A stretch of DNA of 64,000 bases from an uncultured Planctomycetota bacterium (GCA_963845755.1 CAWJTV010000011.1:608001-672000); one strand, 5' to 3'. Shown: positions 41,892 through 52,991, counted from the stretch's first letter. Program-made: numbers and translations. Notes: generated by a model from the sequence alone, not told the origin.

Positions 41892-44800
41892 TCAGTGGTA
41901 AGTCCTGGCGAGGCGAAAACCGCCGTAAGAGCCGCGGACCGACGGCTCGGTCCTGCCACGGTATGCCGACCGGAGGCCCGCCGGCTGAACGACGAACGTC
42001 CCGCCCCGAAGGAGACGAGGGTCCTTGTCAATAATAATTAATGACGGTTTTACATTTATTTCTCTATCTTCTTCTCCAGGCTCCCTGTACCGGTCCTGAC
42101 ACCACTCCCAAAGGTTACCATGAAGATCAAACAGGCCGAGATCGTTGGGTTTGAGCCTGCCCACAGGCTGTGTTCTGTCGTGCGAGTTCGCGTTATACCA
42201 CCCGTATTTTTCCAGTAGCCCCCAGGGCTCGCCGAAGGAATACCCCGTGGCCGCTCCTGCACGGCACGAGTACTCCCATTCCGCCTCGGTCGGCAGGCGA
42301 TAGCCTGTTCGGTCCTGGGTATCCGAGATCAGCTTCATGCCCTCGGCGTAATCTCCCTTCTCATTCGGGCCATAGCACCATTGGTCCTCGGGGAATCCCT
42401 CCTGTTTGCTCAACCAATTGCAGTAGGCGGCGGCAGCATACCAAGTTGCCGCGTTCATCGGGCAGGTTGGCTCAGGACTCAGAAGCTGATTGTTCTTGAC
42501 CTGGATACGGGGGTTCTCTTTCAGAAACCGCTGAAACTGCTCCACGGTGACTTCCTTGCTGGCGATGGCGAAGCGATGACCGATTCGTTCTCGATGCTGA
42601 GTCGCTCCGTCCCCCATATCGAACTGAACCGGACCTCGAACGATGACCATCGTCTGACCTTGGCTGTTGATGTACCATCCACGAGTGTTATCCTGCGAAG
42701 ACGCTGCACCCTGGTCCTCCCCGAGCGTGGGGAGAGGCAGTCTTGCCAGGTCTTTGTCGATCCCTTCGACTTGATCATCGTTCCGCCATTGACGGAGCAG
42801 CCAGTCTGTAGCTCCGTGGATGCCAGGATCCGGATCATTGCGGTAGAGGTCCAGGAATTTCTTCGCCCAGACATCCCGCTCGGTGGTCGAGAGCCGACCT
42901 TCCCCATACGCGCCAAGGCCAAGGATCAACGCCCTGCGAATGGAAACCTCGCCCTCTTGGTGCAGCTTGGCAATCAATAGAGCGGGTTCAACTCCCAGAG
43001 GTCCGAGACGATTGACCAGATAACTTCGCAGGCTGGGATCGGGACTGTGCTTCAGCAGTGTCCACGACTCCTCCATTCGTCCCATACGGATCAAGGCAAC
43101 CGCTGCGGTTGCCTGTCGCTGGTAGAACGTCTCCCATGCCTTGTTATCCACGTCAGTGGGTTCTGCGCCTTTTTGGGAAAGCGGCTTCTTCGCGAGTTCG
43201 ACCTCGAGAAGTGGAGCGGTCTGATCCGACCGTCTTTCGACACTGGGATAGAGTGCGGCGAACGGCTTCTCCGAAGCGTCTATGAGCAGCTCCGCCAATT
43301 CATCGGGCTGATCGCTCGCATATTCGGCAAGCGCACTCGCCGCCAGAGTTCGCTCGGTTTCGGATCGCTCCGTGTCACGGAAGATCGCAGCCAGCGGATC
43401 TCTCAGTTGGTGGGCCATGGGGCGAAGGGCATCGACCCAGCGAGCCAGCACGTAGGCATTCTCGGCAACGAGCCGATTCGCTACGTCGAGACGGACCTTT
43501 TCCCAGAGAGGATTCCTGGGTTCGTAGAGCGCCAATGCGCTGGCCGCCGGGAGTGCTTTCCCCTGATCTTTCGGTTCCGGCTTCTCCAGCACTCGCCAGC
43601 ATTCGGCGACGAGTGTGTCCTGATGACCGGCCAGGGACTGGCGAAGGACCGAGATATCCTGGGCGTCGGCACGGAGCAACCGGGCTTTCAAGTAGGGCAA
43701 TGGCCTCTCGTCCACGGGGAGCAGAGCCAGGGCGGCATGCAACTGCTTCTGGGAGTTCCCGGCCTCTCTGGCTTCGGCATAAGCCTGTTTCAGCAGCGGA
43801 TCGACCCATCCCCGGTAAGGTTCGAGCTCGACAATGATGCTCGGTACGTCCGACAGAGGGGAAGCCAGGAGTTTGTCCCGTAACATCTGGGCTTTCAGGC
43901 GTCCCCTAACCTCGTATCCTCCCCAGACCAGGAGGATCAGCACCGTAGCCAGGGTAAGACCTCGAATCCCATACACTCGCCCCGCCCGTCTCATCATCTT
44001 GCGTTGCGGATCGGTCCAGTCCTTCTTCCGGGTCATCAGCCGGATGGTCGCCCACTCCAGGGAGGATGGCAGGTGGCGGTTTTCGGGCTTGGCGTTCCAG
44101 GAGGAAGAGCGTTCCGCCAGCCGCAGCTCCGCACGTCCGCGCCGGGTCTCCCGCTGCTTGCGGGTTAGCCAATCTCGCAGGGAGTGGACCAGGTAGTCGT
44201 GGGTGAGCTGATAGAAGGATGAAGGACGAAGGATAAAGGATGAATCGGAACCAGGAACGGCCGATTGCTGTTCCGCTGGTTCATCCTTCATCCTTCCGCC
44301 TTCATCCTTTCCTGATGGGTCTGTCGGCGTGATCAGCCGTAACTCCGGGTCGAGGATGTGGATCAGGTCATCGAAGTCGCCGGGGCGGTTGGCATAGCCG
44401 GATGCTTCGAACAGTTCCCGACGGGACCTCATCTGTCCCTTGATGTCGGTGCCGCTCTCGGGCAGCAGGGCTTTCAAGACGGCCTGGGCCGCCTTCTGGT
44501 GGATGCGATGCTCGGGAGGAGCGGTCGAGGCGCTGAAGGTCTCTTCGAGGAACGTCAGGCCGACGCCTTCCGTGCCGCCCACCTCCCTGAGCGTGGCGGG
44601 GGTCCACGGCTTCCCTTTCATCATCTCGGCGAAGAGTGCCAGGCGGACGGAGATGACCTTGCCATCCTGGGCCAATCCCGCAATCGCTTGATCCAGAAAC
44701 GTCTCGTGATCCTTGTGGAGATCGCCCGCGCGTTCGGGCGATGCACCATAGGCCCGCCCGAATGCCAGCAGCACTTTCCGGGCATGACGGAGATCAAAGA

Positions 44801-46418
44801 GGTCCACGAGAGCGCTGTTCTCGCCTTCGACCAGCCTGACTTCCAGGTCGCGCATGAACCGGCTGGCGGCCAACCAGAAATCATCCCGCACCATCGCAAT
44901 CGCTTGAACGTGCTCGCCATCGCAATGACGGAGAGCGGCGACCAGCTCGGTGTTCTCCTCACCGCGCCTGGCATGGAGCCACTGCTCGAACTGGTCCAGG
45001 ACCAGGAGCAACTTCCGCCCGGACTGCAAGAGGCGACCCCTTCGCAAGTTGGCCAGCGAATCGACCAGCCCCGCGGATCGGGACAGTTCCGGACAGACCT
45101 TGCGCACGCCCTTGAGCAGCCGGGCTTCGGTCTCCTCCGGGGTCGCCTCGAGGTAAACCGGCAGGACGTGCCCGGCCAGCCGGGGCAAGAGCCCCGCCTT
45201 GACCAGCGACGACTTGCCGCAGCCACTGGGCCCGTAGATCAGCCCCACGCGAAACGTCTGGTCGGGATCGATCTGCTTCGATCTTTCGCTTCCAGAACCG
45301 GAGGCTCTCGGGCAGTCCGTCCCGGTCGCGCGGGCCGGGGAGCAGCTCCAGGAAGAAGTCGGCATCGTGCTCGTCGAAGGATCGCAGGCCCTTCGGCACG
45401 ATCTTGATCGGCTCGCTGATCGGAGTCGGATTGTCGGGAGGTGGGCGGGAGTGGAGCGGCTTCCAGGGTTGATCCGGGCGGCGTGTTGATGGGAGCCGCG
45501 GGGGCGTCAGGCGGGACCGTGGCTGCCGCGGCCTGGAGGAACACGCGAAGGTCTTCCGCCATGTCCCTGGCGGTGGTGTACCGATCCGACACCCGCTTCA
45601 TCATGGCCTTGAGACAGATCCGTTCCAGCTCCCTGGGGATCGTGTCATCGACCTGGCGCGGTGGGCGAGCCTCAGCCCGGGTTACTTGGTCGATGATCTC
45701 TCGGTAGCGAATCACCCCGGAATGGCCGGCGACCGGTCAGTAGCTCGTAGAGGACCACGCCCAGGCTGAAGATGTCCGAACGCCCATCGACGAGGTGCCC
45801 CTCGCCGCGGGCCTGCTCGGGGCTCATGTAGGCGGGCGTTCCCGCCAGGCCGCCCCCCTTGCCGAAGTCCTCGTCCTTGAGTGCCAGTCCGAAGTCGGCG
45901 ATCGAGGGTTGACTCGAGGCGTCGATGAGGATGTTAGCGGGCTTGATGTCGCGGTGGACCAGCCCCCGGGTGTGGGCATAATGCAAGGCGTCGGCGATGG
46001 TGGCGACCAGCTCCGCCGACTCCCGGAAGGACGGTCGAGCCTGTCGGATCCGGACCGCCAGGTCGCTGCCTTCGACGAACTTGGACACGACGAAGCAGAG
46101 TCCGTCGTCTGTGCGGCCGACGTCGAAGACCGGCACGATCTGGGGATGGTCGAGCTTGGCCAGGGTCCGGGCTTCAACCAGGAATGCCTCGACATCCTCG
46201 GGGCGACTGATGCGTTCCGGCCTCGGCACCTTGATCGCCACCGGCCGGTCGAGGTCGTCGTCGCGGGCCAGATAGACCCGTCCGAACCCGCCCTGACCCA
46301 GGCGCCCGAGGATGCGGTAACGCCCGATCTTCGTGGGATCGCCATCCGGGGAGCCACTCGAACCCGCGGCGGATGGTTCCAGGTCTGCCGTTTCCGATAG
46401 GTCCTTCGTCTCATTCAT
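41892..46418 (-). CDS. Ser/Thr kinase - STAND NTPase - TM - FGE-sulfatase/CLec protein, copy B; frameshifts near 45710, 45410 and 45280
   Basis: Same motifs as copy A and colinear with it along its whole length. Confidence 0.9.
44215..44309. repeat. In-frame (GGATGAA)n inverted repeat with 30-bp arms and 3 mismatches
   Basis: AAGGATGAAGGACGAAGGATAAAGGATGAA ... TTCATCCTTCATCCTTCCGCCTTCATCCTT. Confidence 0.88.
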
Positions 46419-46770
46419 CGTTCGGTCCCTGACAGCGATCGATCGCGTTCAAGGCTGCCAAGCAGGGCCATTGTCTCATCCGGAGCGAGGATGGAACAAC
46501 GGTCCAGATCCTTGTGACATCGGGGTTCTGGTGACACTCATCGGCTCCTGAGTGAGCGTCTCGGCCAGATCGGCGCGCACGGGCTGGGCGATGACCCCGC
46601 GGCCTTTTCGACACTTCTCGGTGATCGCCACGATGTGACCACGGTTGTGAGACCGTAGTTCGGACGGGGACCTTTCACCTCGCACGTGAGTGCGACCGCC
46701 TGGCACTCCGGATCGGGCTAGAGTGCTTAACTTTTGCATTGCGCACGCCCTGAGGCGCTGCGAATTCACT

Positions 46771-46859
46771 CCCCCGAACCCCCCTTCGCAAGGGGGGGAC
46801 GGGAAACGGGCTTTTCCCGATCAAGATCCCCCCCTTGCGAAGAGGGGGTTCGGGGGGGT
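46771..46859. repeat. Palindromic CCCCCCTT..AAGGGGGG element, copy 2
   Basis: CCCCCGAACCCCCCTTCGCAAGGGGGGG ... CCCCCCCTTGCGAAGAGGGGGTTCGGGGG. Confidence 0.85.
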
Positions 46860-47034
46860 TCTTCGGGAGCAGGCTGCGAGTGTGTGCCACCCAACTGTGA
46901 GGCTCTCTAACCGCATGATGTCACCGACACGTCGAAGTTGATAAATCTCGACTCGAGAAGCTCAGTTCGTTTCCGAGCCTCCCGGCCACTTTCTTTGCCT
47001 TGACGACGACCGACCCGACCGGACGTTCAACTCC

Positions 47035-48744
47035 CTATCCAGGCGTCGGCCCCAGGCACACCAGGGTGATGTCGTCGGCCTGCGAGTGTTCGGCGGAGAA
47101 CTCACGGATATCCTGGAGGATCGCCCGGCCGACGGCGACCGGCCCGCCAGACGACTGGGCCACTCGTTTGATAAGGCGGTGGTTGCTTTGGGAGTCGTAG
47201 AGCTCATCCGCGCGGCTACGCGCGTCGGTCACACCGTCGGAGTAGATGACGACAACGTCGCCCTGGTTCAACTGGACCTCGGTCTGCTGGTAAACCGAAT
47301 CCTCCATGATACCCAGCGGTAACCCGGAGACCTCCTGGCCGACTTCCTCCGCTCGGCCGTCGGCGCGACGGATAATCACGGGCGTGTGGCCTGCTGATGT
47401 CAAGGTCAGCTTGTGTGTGGAAGTATCGAGCACGCACAGGCCGAGAGTAATGAACTTATCCTCGATCCCGGCGGCGCAGAGCAGGCTGTTCAGACGAGTG
47501 GCGGTCGGCGCGGGGGCATCCTCGGTCAGGATGCAGTACCGCGTGTCACCGGAGAACTTGGCCATCATCAATGCCGCCGCCACACCCTTGCCTGAGACGT
47601 CGCCCAGTGCGACGGCCATGCGGTCGGCAGGGAGAGGCACAAAGTCATAATAGTCACCCCCGACCTCGTAGGTCGGCTGGTAATGAGCGAAGAACTCGTA
47701 GCCTTGGACGGTCGGCACGTCTTGCGGTAAGAACCGCTTCTGCACCTGCTCAGCGAGTTTCAAATCGCGGTTGAGTCGTTCGCGCACCAGGAGCGACTCG
47801 AGCATCGAGGCGTTCTGGATGGAAATCGCCGCCTGGCTCGCGACGGCCGCCAGGACGTCGAGGTCGTCCTCGTTGAACTGGCGGCGGTCGCTCGTGTCGA
47901 GTTGGAGAATCCCCAGCGCCTTGTTGTCCGGCGTCAACAGCGGGACGCACATGACCGAGCGGATTTTCAAGTCGGAGATCGAGGCGCTGCTGGGCAGGTT
48001 CTTGTCGTCGCCAGCGTCCTCGCTCAGCACCGCCTTCTTCTGGCCGAGCACGAAGTCAACGATTGACCGGCTGATGCTCGTCGGGACCTCGTCCTCGGGT
48101 ACGGTTCGGCTGAAAGACGTACGCTTCTGGGGGCGGTACTTGAAAGCCTTACGCACCAGTCGCTTGCTCGAGGGATCCTGCAGCATCAGGAAGAGCCGCT
48201 CGGCACCGGGAAAGATTTCCATCAGCGAGTCGAGGATCTTGGGGGCGACTGTGTCGATCCGCAACTCGTTGGAGAGACTTCGGGTGATCTCGAGGATCGC
48301 TTTGAGCTTCACTTCGGGACGAACCGCACTGGCCGTCGCGCTCGAGCGCGAGGCTTCGAGTGTGCGGAAGTCCCGACTTTCCCTGCCGTCGCTCTCGGTG
48401 ACCACCATGAGGTCGGCGGCGGGTTCGGGCTCCTTTGGCTTGGGCGGCCCAACGGGGTAGTAGACGAACTCGACGCCGCAGATGCTGATCCGGTCGTTCT
48501 CCTTCAGAAGATGCTCGACCCCCCCCTTGAGCGCGGTGTCGTTGACAATCGTCTTGTTCAGCGAGTCGAGATCGACCAAGAAGAAGGCCGGCCCGACCTG
48601 GCGGATCTCGGCATGCCGCCGGCTCACTCCGTTGGTCGCCAGAACAAGGTCACACTCCGGCAAGCGACCGATCACCGTCACGCCGCTTTTGAGATCAACC
48701 AGCGCACCGGCAAGGTCTCCGGTCACCCGTTTCAAAACCGCCAT
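47035..48744 (-). CDS. FHA-GAF-SpoIIE (PP2C) protein phosphatase
   Basis: FHA IGR..VSRRHA..SLNKT; GAF IRSVMCVPL; VGGDYYD, GDVSGKG, YSDGVTD, ADDIT. Confidence 0.92.
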   Translation of the reverse strand: MAVLKRVTGDLAGALVDLKSGVTVIGRLPECDLVLATNGVSRRHAEIRQVGPAFFLVDLDSLNKTIVNDTALKGGVEHLLKENDRISICGVEFVYYPVGPPKPKEPEPAADLMVVTESDGRESRDFRTLEASRSSATASAVRPEVKLKAILEITRSLSNELRIDTVAPKILDSLMEIFPGAERLFLMLQDPSSKRLVRKAFKYRPQKRTSFSRTVPEDEVPTSISRSIVDFVLGQKKAVLSEDAGDDKNLPSSASISDLKIRSVMCVPLLTPDNKALGILQLDTSDRRQFNEDDLDVLAAVASQAAISIQNASMLESLLVRERLNRDLKLAEQVQKRFLPQDVPTVQGYEFFAHYQPTYEVGGDYYDFVPLPADRMAVALGDVSGKGVAAALMMAKFSGDTRYCILTEDAPAPTATRLNSLLCAAGIEDKFITLGLCVLDTSTHKLTLTSAGHTPVIIRRADGRAEEVGQEVSGLPLGIMEDSVYQQTEVQLNQGDVVVIYSDGVTDARSRADELYDSQSNHRLIKRVAQSSGGPVAVGRAILQDIREFSAEHSQADDITLVCLGPTPG

Positions 48745-49109
48745 TGGACAGTACTCCGACCCGACATGGTCCTCGGAACAGAGGGCGCACGATATAGAGA
48801 TTATGGCCTGGCCGGACCGATTTGTCTGCTAGTCGGTTCGGTCTCCGGAACGAGATTGGCCGACGAGTGGCCGGTTGGAGAAATCGTTTAAACGGTCATG
48901 GGCGGGCTCGGAGGGACTCGAGGATCGCCTCGGCTCCGAAGAAACCCAGGACACGGTCGGCCCGCAAACGGCTCCGTACCTCAAGGACCAGGTCCTCGAG
49001 AGCCGCCTTGGTCCGCCGGGTCGTGTGAGGGATTGGCGGGCGATCGCACCCATCGACCCGGTCGAGGGTACGCGTTCACACCTCGGTCAACAATTGTCCG
49101 AGATGATCA

Positions 49110-49619
49110 CTCGTTCCCACGCTCGGCGTGGGAATGCCGTCTGCGACGCTCCGCGTCGTCTTCGTCTTGGATTTCCAGCGACCCGTCGGTTGTCACCGAA
49201 ACCCAGGACTCCGTCTCGGCAGGGTTGCGGGCGTCGGAGGATCTCCCAGGCGTCGGATCGAAGGGGAGCCCCGCTCCACCGGGTTCTCGGAGATGGCGCT
49301 CAACTTCTGGCTCATCATCGCGTCGGTCCCAAGGATTCTCGGAGGCCTGACTTCGAAGAGGACGACGCCGAGCGTCGCAGACGGCATTCCCACGCGGGGA
49401 CCGCTGACGAAACAACTTCCCGAAAACTCGCTGGTAAGTACGAGTCTGTCCTGGAAGCCTCAATGGCCGTCTCGTAGGGTGCTCTGTGAGCACCGAATTC
49501 GGCAAAGTACACCGGATCGGTGCTCACAGAGCACCCTACAAAGACCTTCCGAGATAGTCACTAAGTACCTCCGGAATCCGGGAAGTTATTTCGTCGGCAT
49601 TCCGAGCGTGGGAACGAGT
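49110..49619. repeat. Cluster of GTTCCCACG..CGTGGGAA palindromes and a GTAG REP doublet (49474-49539)
   Basis: CTCGTTCCCACGCTCGGCGTGGGAATGCCGTCTGCGACGCTC; inverse GAGCGTCGCAGACGGCATTCCCACGC; half copy GAGCGTGGGAACGAG. Confidence 0.85.
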
Positions 49620-49886
49620 CATCGCGTTCCGACGGGGTAATCGGCGGTTTCGATGCCGAATGTCACATAAGCTGACATTGATATTTTCTGATGCCTGAAA
49701 ACCAGGCATCTTACAACTGTTGACCAGGGTGTGAACGGGTACACTCTCTTTTCTGGCAATCTTGAAGACAGACCATAAGAAATACGATCGTGGTTCGTTT
49801 AAGATTGGCGAGGACAGTCGGGCATCGGAGAATGCAAGAACGGATGAACTCGAGACGAGAGTCGGCACTCGGGAGTCCGAGGGACC

Positions 49887-50336
49887 ATGCGCTTATCCAT
49901 TCCCTTCATCCCACTCAGCTTTCGCGTCACCGTCGAAAGACGGCCGTGGCGGAGACTGACAATCTTCGGCCTGATGGTCCTGATCGCCATCCTTGGCATT
50001 GGGCTGGGACTGGTCCGTTTCTCGGAGCGGCGGGCCAACGATTGGGCAATCGACCGGCGGGCTGCCGCGCGGCACGCCCATGAAGCTTCGTTCTACGCGC
50101 AAATGCTGAAGAACACCCGGGTCTATCAGTTGGATCACCCACGAGAACATACCAAGACCTGGGTCATCCATGGGTTGCAGTATCGGGTTGACCAGGACCT
50201 CGACCGATACCTCGAAGCGATGGTCGATTACCACAAGCGTCAGGCCGGGAGGCACGAAGCCGCGATCGGTCGTTGGTGGTCTTCCGTAGCTCCCGAGGCA
50301 CCCCCTGCTGCGCCACCCCGCGTTCCCTTCGATTGA
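49887..50336 (+). CDS. Hypothetical membrane-anchored protein
   Basis: RRLTIFGLMVLIAILGIGLGL anchor; C-terminus RWWSSVAPEAPP. Confidence 0.6.
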   Translation: MRLSIPFIPLSFRVTVERRPWRRLTIFGLMVLIAILGIGLGLVRFSERRANDWAIDRRAAARHAHEASFYAQMLKNTRVYQLDHPREHTKTWVIHGLQYRVDQDLDRYLEAMVDYHKRQAGRHEAAIGRWWSSVAPEAPPAAPPRVPFD

Positions 50337-50378
50337 GGCGATTGACGGTCAGAACATTCGTCGCAGGAGAACTGACTC

Positions 50379-51815
50379 ATGTCGCGATGGAGACAGCGTC
50401 GCCAAAGGCTTGCGATGGCAACGATGTGGCTCGCCGTGGCGATCGCGGCGGTTCCCTTCCGGCAGGCGGCCGCCTTGATCACGGGCGGGGAAGGAAACGC
50501 CCCGATCGCGGACCCGGGCTGGCCGAAGGGCGCGGCCGCGATCTTCAACAACAAGGCGCGCATCGCCTGGTGGGAAGGGCCGCCCTTCGGCGGCGGGCAG
50601 TGGCATGCCGAGTATCGCGGTGACGCCAAGGTCTTCAAGTCCGTACTCGATGACTTCGCCAAGCTCGAGGTGAAAACGAAGCGGGTCATCGTCCATGACG
50701 GCGAAGGGGCGAGCTTCTGGCTCAATCCCGATGGTGAGCCGGCGAAGCGAGCCGCCGCGCGGATGGACTGGAGGTTCATGGTCTGGCAACGCGCCAACTG
50801 GGAGCAACTCCGCAAGATGCCGGCCCGTTTCATCCCCGCCGATGCCGGCGATGCCGAGACGGGCCCTCCCTCGCAGATCGATGTTTACACCGGCGGCACC
50901 CTGCGATGGTCCGAGGTCACCGTACCGAAGGGGCTCGAGGTCATCGATCAGCGCCTGGAAGCCCACGGATTCACGATCGCGGACGGGGTCGTGCTCGAAG
51001 GTAAGGTCGTCGATCTGGCGACGAGGCGGCCCATCGCGGCGCGGATGCGATTGCAACGCATCGAACCGCAGTCGAAGGGCGGATATCACGACACGGTCGT
51101 GGCCGAGGCCGTCGCCGATGTACAGGGCCGATGGGTCCTGAAGCGGGCACCCGCGGGTTGGTATCAACTGGTGATCGAGGCGGACGGCTACGTCCCGCGG
51201 ATCGCGGGTTACGCGCGGTTCGACAATCAGCCCCTCTGGCAATCTTACGATAGCGGCCTGTCGCGTCCCGGGCCGGTCTCGGGGCGGGTCGCCGATCACG
51301 ACGGCCGGCCGCTGGTGGGCGTCGAGGTGCATATCGAAGACATCGAGCCGGATGGGGGTGGACGCTATGAATCGCCGCGGGAGGATCCCGTCCGAACCGA
51401 CGCCGACGGCCGCTTCCGCTCGGATCGGCTTCCCATCGGGCGAGCCAGGATCTGGCTCCAGAAATCCGGCTATTGCCGCCTGGGATTGGGCAAGCCGATC
51501 GTGTTGCCGACGAAGGACCTCGAGCTCACGATGATCAAGGCGGCTCAGGTGCGCGTCACGGTCAACTTCTCCGGGACCGATCGTCCCACGGAGTACCTCG
51601 TGCATCTGGAGCCGGAAGGCGGCGAGGCCGTCGGCAAATGGTCGGGGTCGGGGGCCATCGACGCGAAGAATCAGATCGCGTTCGACGACGTGCCGCCGGG
51701 ACGGTATGTCCTCCAGGGACGGCCGAACCCCGGCCGGGTCGATCAGCAGACGCCGCCGATGCCGATCATCCTGAACGTCGGCCGGACGACCGAGGTCACG
51801 CTACGGGCCAAGTGA
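50379..51815 (+). CDS. Exported protein with carboxypeptidase-regulatory-like (transthyretin-like) repeats
   Basis: Signal peptide; VSGRVADHDGRPLVGVEV, RTDADGRFR, FDDVPPGRYVL. Confidence 0.75.
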   Translation: MSRWRQRRQRLAMATMWLAVAIAAVPFRQAAALITGGEGNAPIADPGWPKGAAAIFNNKARIAWWEGPPFGGGQWHAEYRGDAKVFKSVLDDFAKLEVKTKRVIVHDGEGASFWLNPDGEPAKRAAARMDWRFMVWQRANWEQLRKMPARFIPADAGDAETGPPSQIDVYTGGTLRWSEVTVPKGLEVIDQRLEAHGFTIADGVVLEGKVVDLATRRPIAARMRLQRIEPQSKGGYHDTVVAEAVADVQGRWVLKRAPAGWYQLVIEADGYVPRIAGYARFDNQPLWQSYDSGLSRPGPVSGRVADHDGRPLVGVEVHIEDIEPDGGGRYESPREDPVRTDADGRFRSDRLPIGRARIWLQKSGYCRLGLGKPIVLPTKDLELTMIKAAQVRVTVNFSGTDRPTEYLVHLEPEGGEAVGKWSGSGAIDAKNQIAFDDVPPGRYVLQGRPNPGRVDQQTPPMPIILNVGRTTEVTLRAK

Positions 51816-51893
51816 AGTCCGGCGGCGAATCGTCGTCGGATTCAGAGCGCGTAACACTTGCGTGGCGCAGACCCGAGGGTCGATGCGAATTCA

Positions 51894-51982
51894 CCCCCCT
51901 GTATCCCCCCTTCGTAAGGGCGGAGGATTGAGACGGAGCGACCCACTCCCCTTCCCCCCTACGAAGGGGGGATACAGGGGGG
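51894..51982. repeat. Palindromic CCCCCCTT..AAGGGG element, copy 3
   Basis: CCCCCCTGTATCCCCCCTTCGTAAGGGG ... CCCCCTACGAAGGGGGGATACAGGGGGG. Confidence 0.85.
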
Positions 51983-52056
51983 TTCTTCGGAAGAGGGCTT
52001 CGACCGTGCGCAACGCAACTGATAAGCGCTCTACCATCAACAACGGAGCCTCGATC

Positions 52057-52756
52057 ATGAACGCACGTCGCTCGATCGCCATTCTCGCGATCCTCGCGAA
52101 CTCCTGCCTCGCGGCGAGGGCCCAGGATCACCTGGAACCCGAGGAAGGCGCCATCAACACGGCCGATTACCACTTCAGTTACGCGACGAAGATTCGGGAG
52201 ACATTGCTGAAGGGCGGCTCCGACCTATTATCGGGCACGGATGATCTGCCTTCATGCGTTCCAGCCGGAATGGGTCGTCACGGTGATCAGGGAGGACAAA
52301 GGGGGGCTGACCCCCGACGACCAGCCTGCCTACGTCGTGGAATTCGCCCTCGCCGAGGAGAAACTCTGGTCCGCGAAGGATTATCGGAGCATCGCGGTCA
52401 AGCGAGCGCGGGTGCCGATCGATCGGGAGAGCGCCGAGGCCGTTCATGAGGTCTGGCGGCGGATGTTGCGCGGGGTCCGATACCCGAAGGAGCGCCGGTA
52501 CGGAAAAGACGGCGTGGACTACCTCTTCTCCCGGCGCGTGTCCGTCAGCGAGGCAGGAGACCTGGCCGGCTTCGAAGACGGGACGATCTGGACGCCCGAC
52601 GCCGGATCGTTGACAGGCGACCTGGCCGCGATCGGAGAACGATTGAAGACGTATACACTCGCCAAACCCGACGACCGCGATAAGGTCCGGCTGGAGATCC
52701 GGGACAAGGCCAGGCTCCTGAAGGCCAGGCTCGATCGGCCCCGGCCGACGGAATGA
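52057..52756 (+). CDS. Hypothetical exported protein; frameshift near 52225
   Basis: Signal peptide ending AARA-Q; continues in ORF 52241-52756. Confidence 0.55.
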
Positions 52757-52852
52757 AGGCGGTTGCCGGGATCAAATCGGTGTGAATCGGAAGGCTCACA
52801 AAGGAGTTAACGGAGCGTCTTGTGTTATGGGCACTTCCATGGATGCCTTTCC

Positions 52853-52991
52853 CTCGTTCCCACGGTCTCCGTGGGAATGCCGTCCTCGACGCCCCGCGTC
52901 GTCCGACCGGACCGGCGGAGGCGGGAAGGACTCGGGCAGCAGGGACGCAGAGCGTCCCAGACGGCATTCCCACGGGGACCGTGGGAACGAG
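52853..52991. repeat. GTTCCCAC-family inverted doublet
   Basis: CTCGTTCCCACGGTCTCCGTGGGAATGCCGTC ... GACGGCATTCCCACGGGGACCGTGGGAACGAG. Confidence 0.85.

Noticed and set aside
45239..46418. Copy B as a split kinase plus separate NTPase gene, or as a pseudogene
   Set aside because: It is colinear with copy A and broken only by single-base indels like those across the window; unresolved without reads
48875..49640. ORFs of 130-200 aa in the REP-rich gap
   Set aside because: Translations of palindromic repeats with no protein-like features
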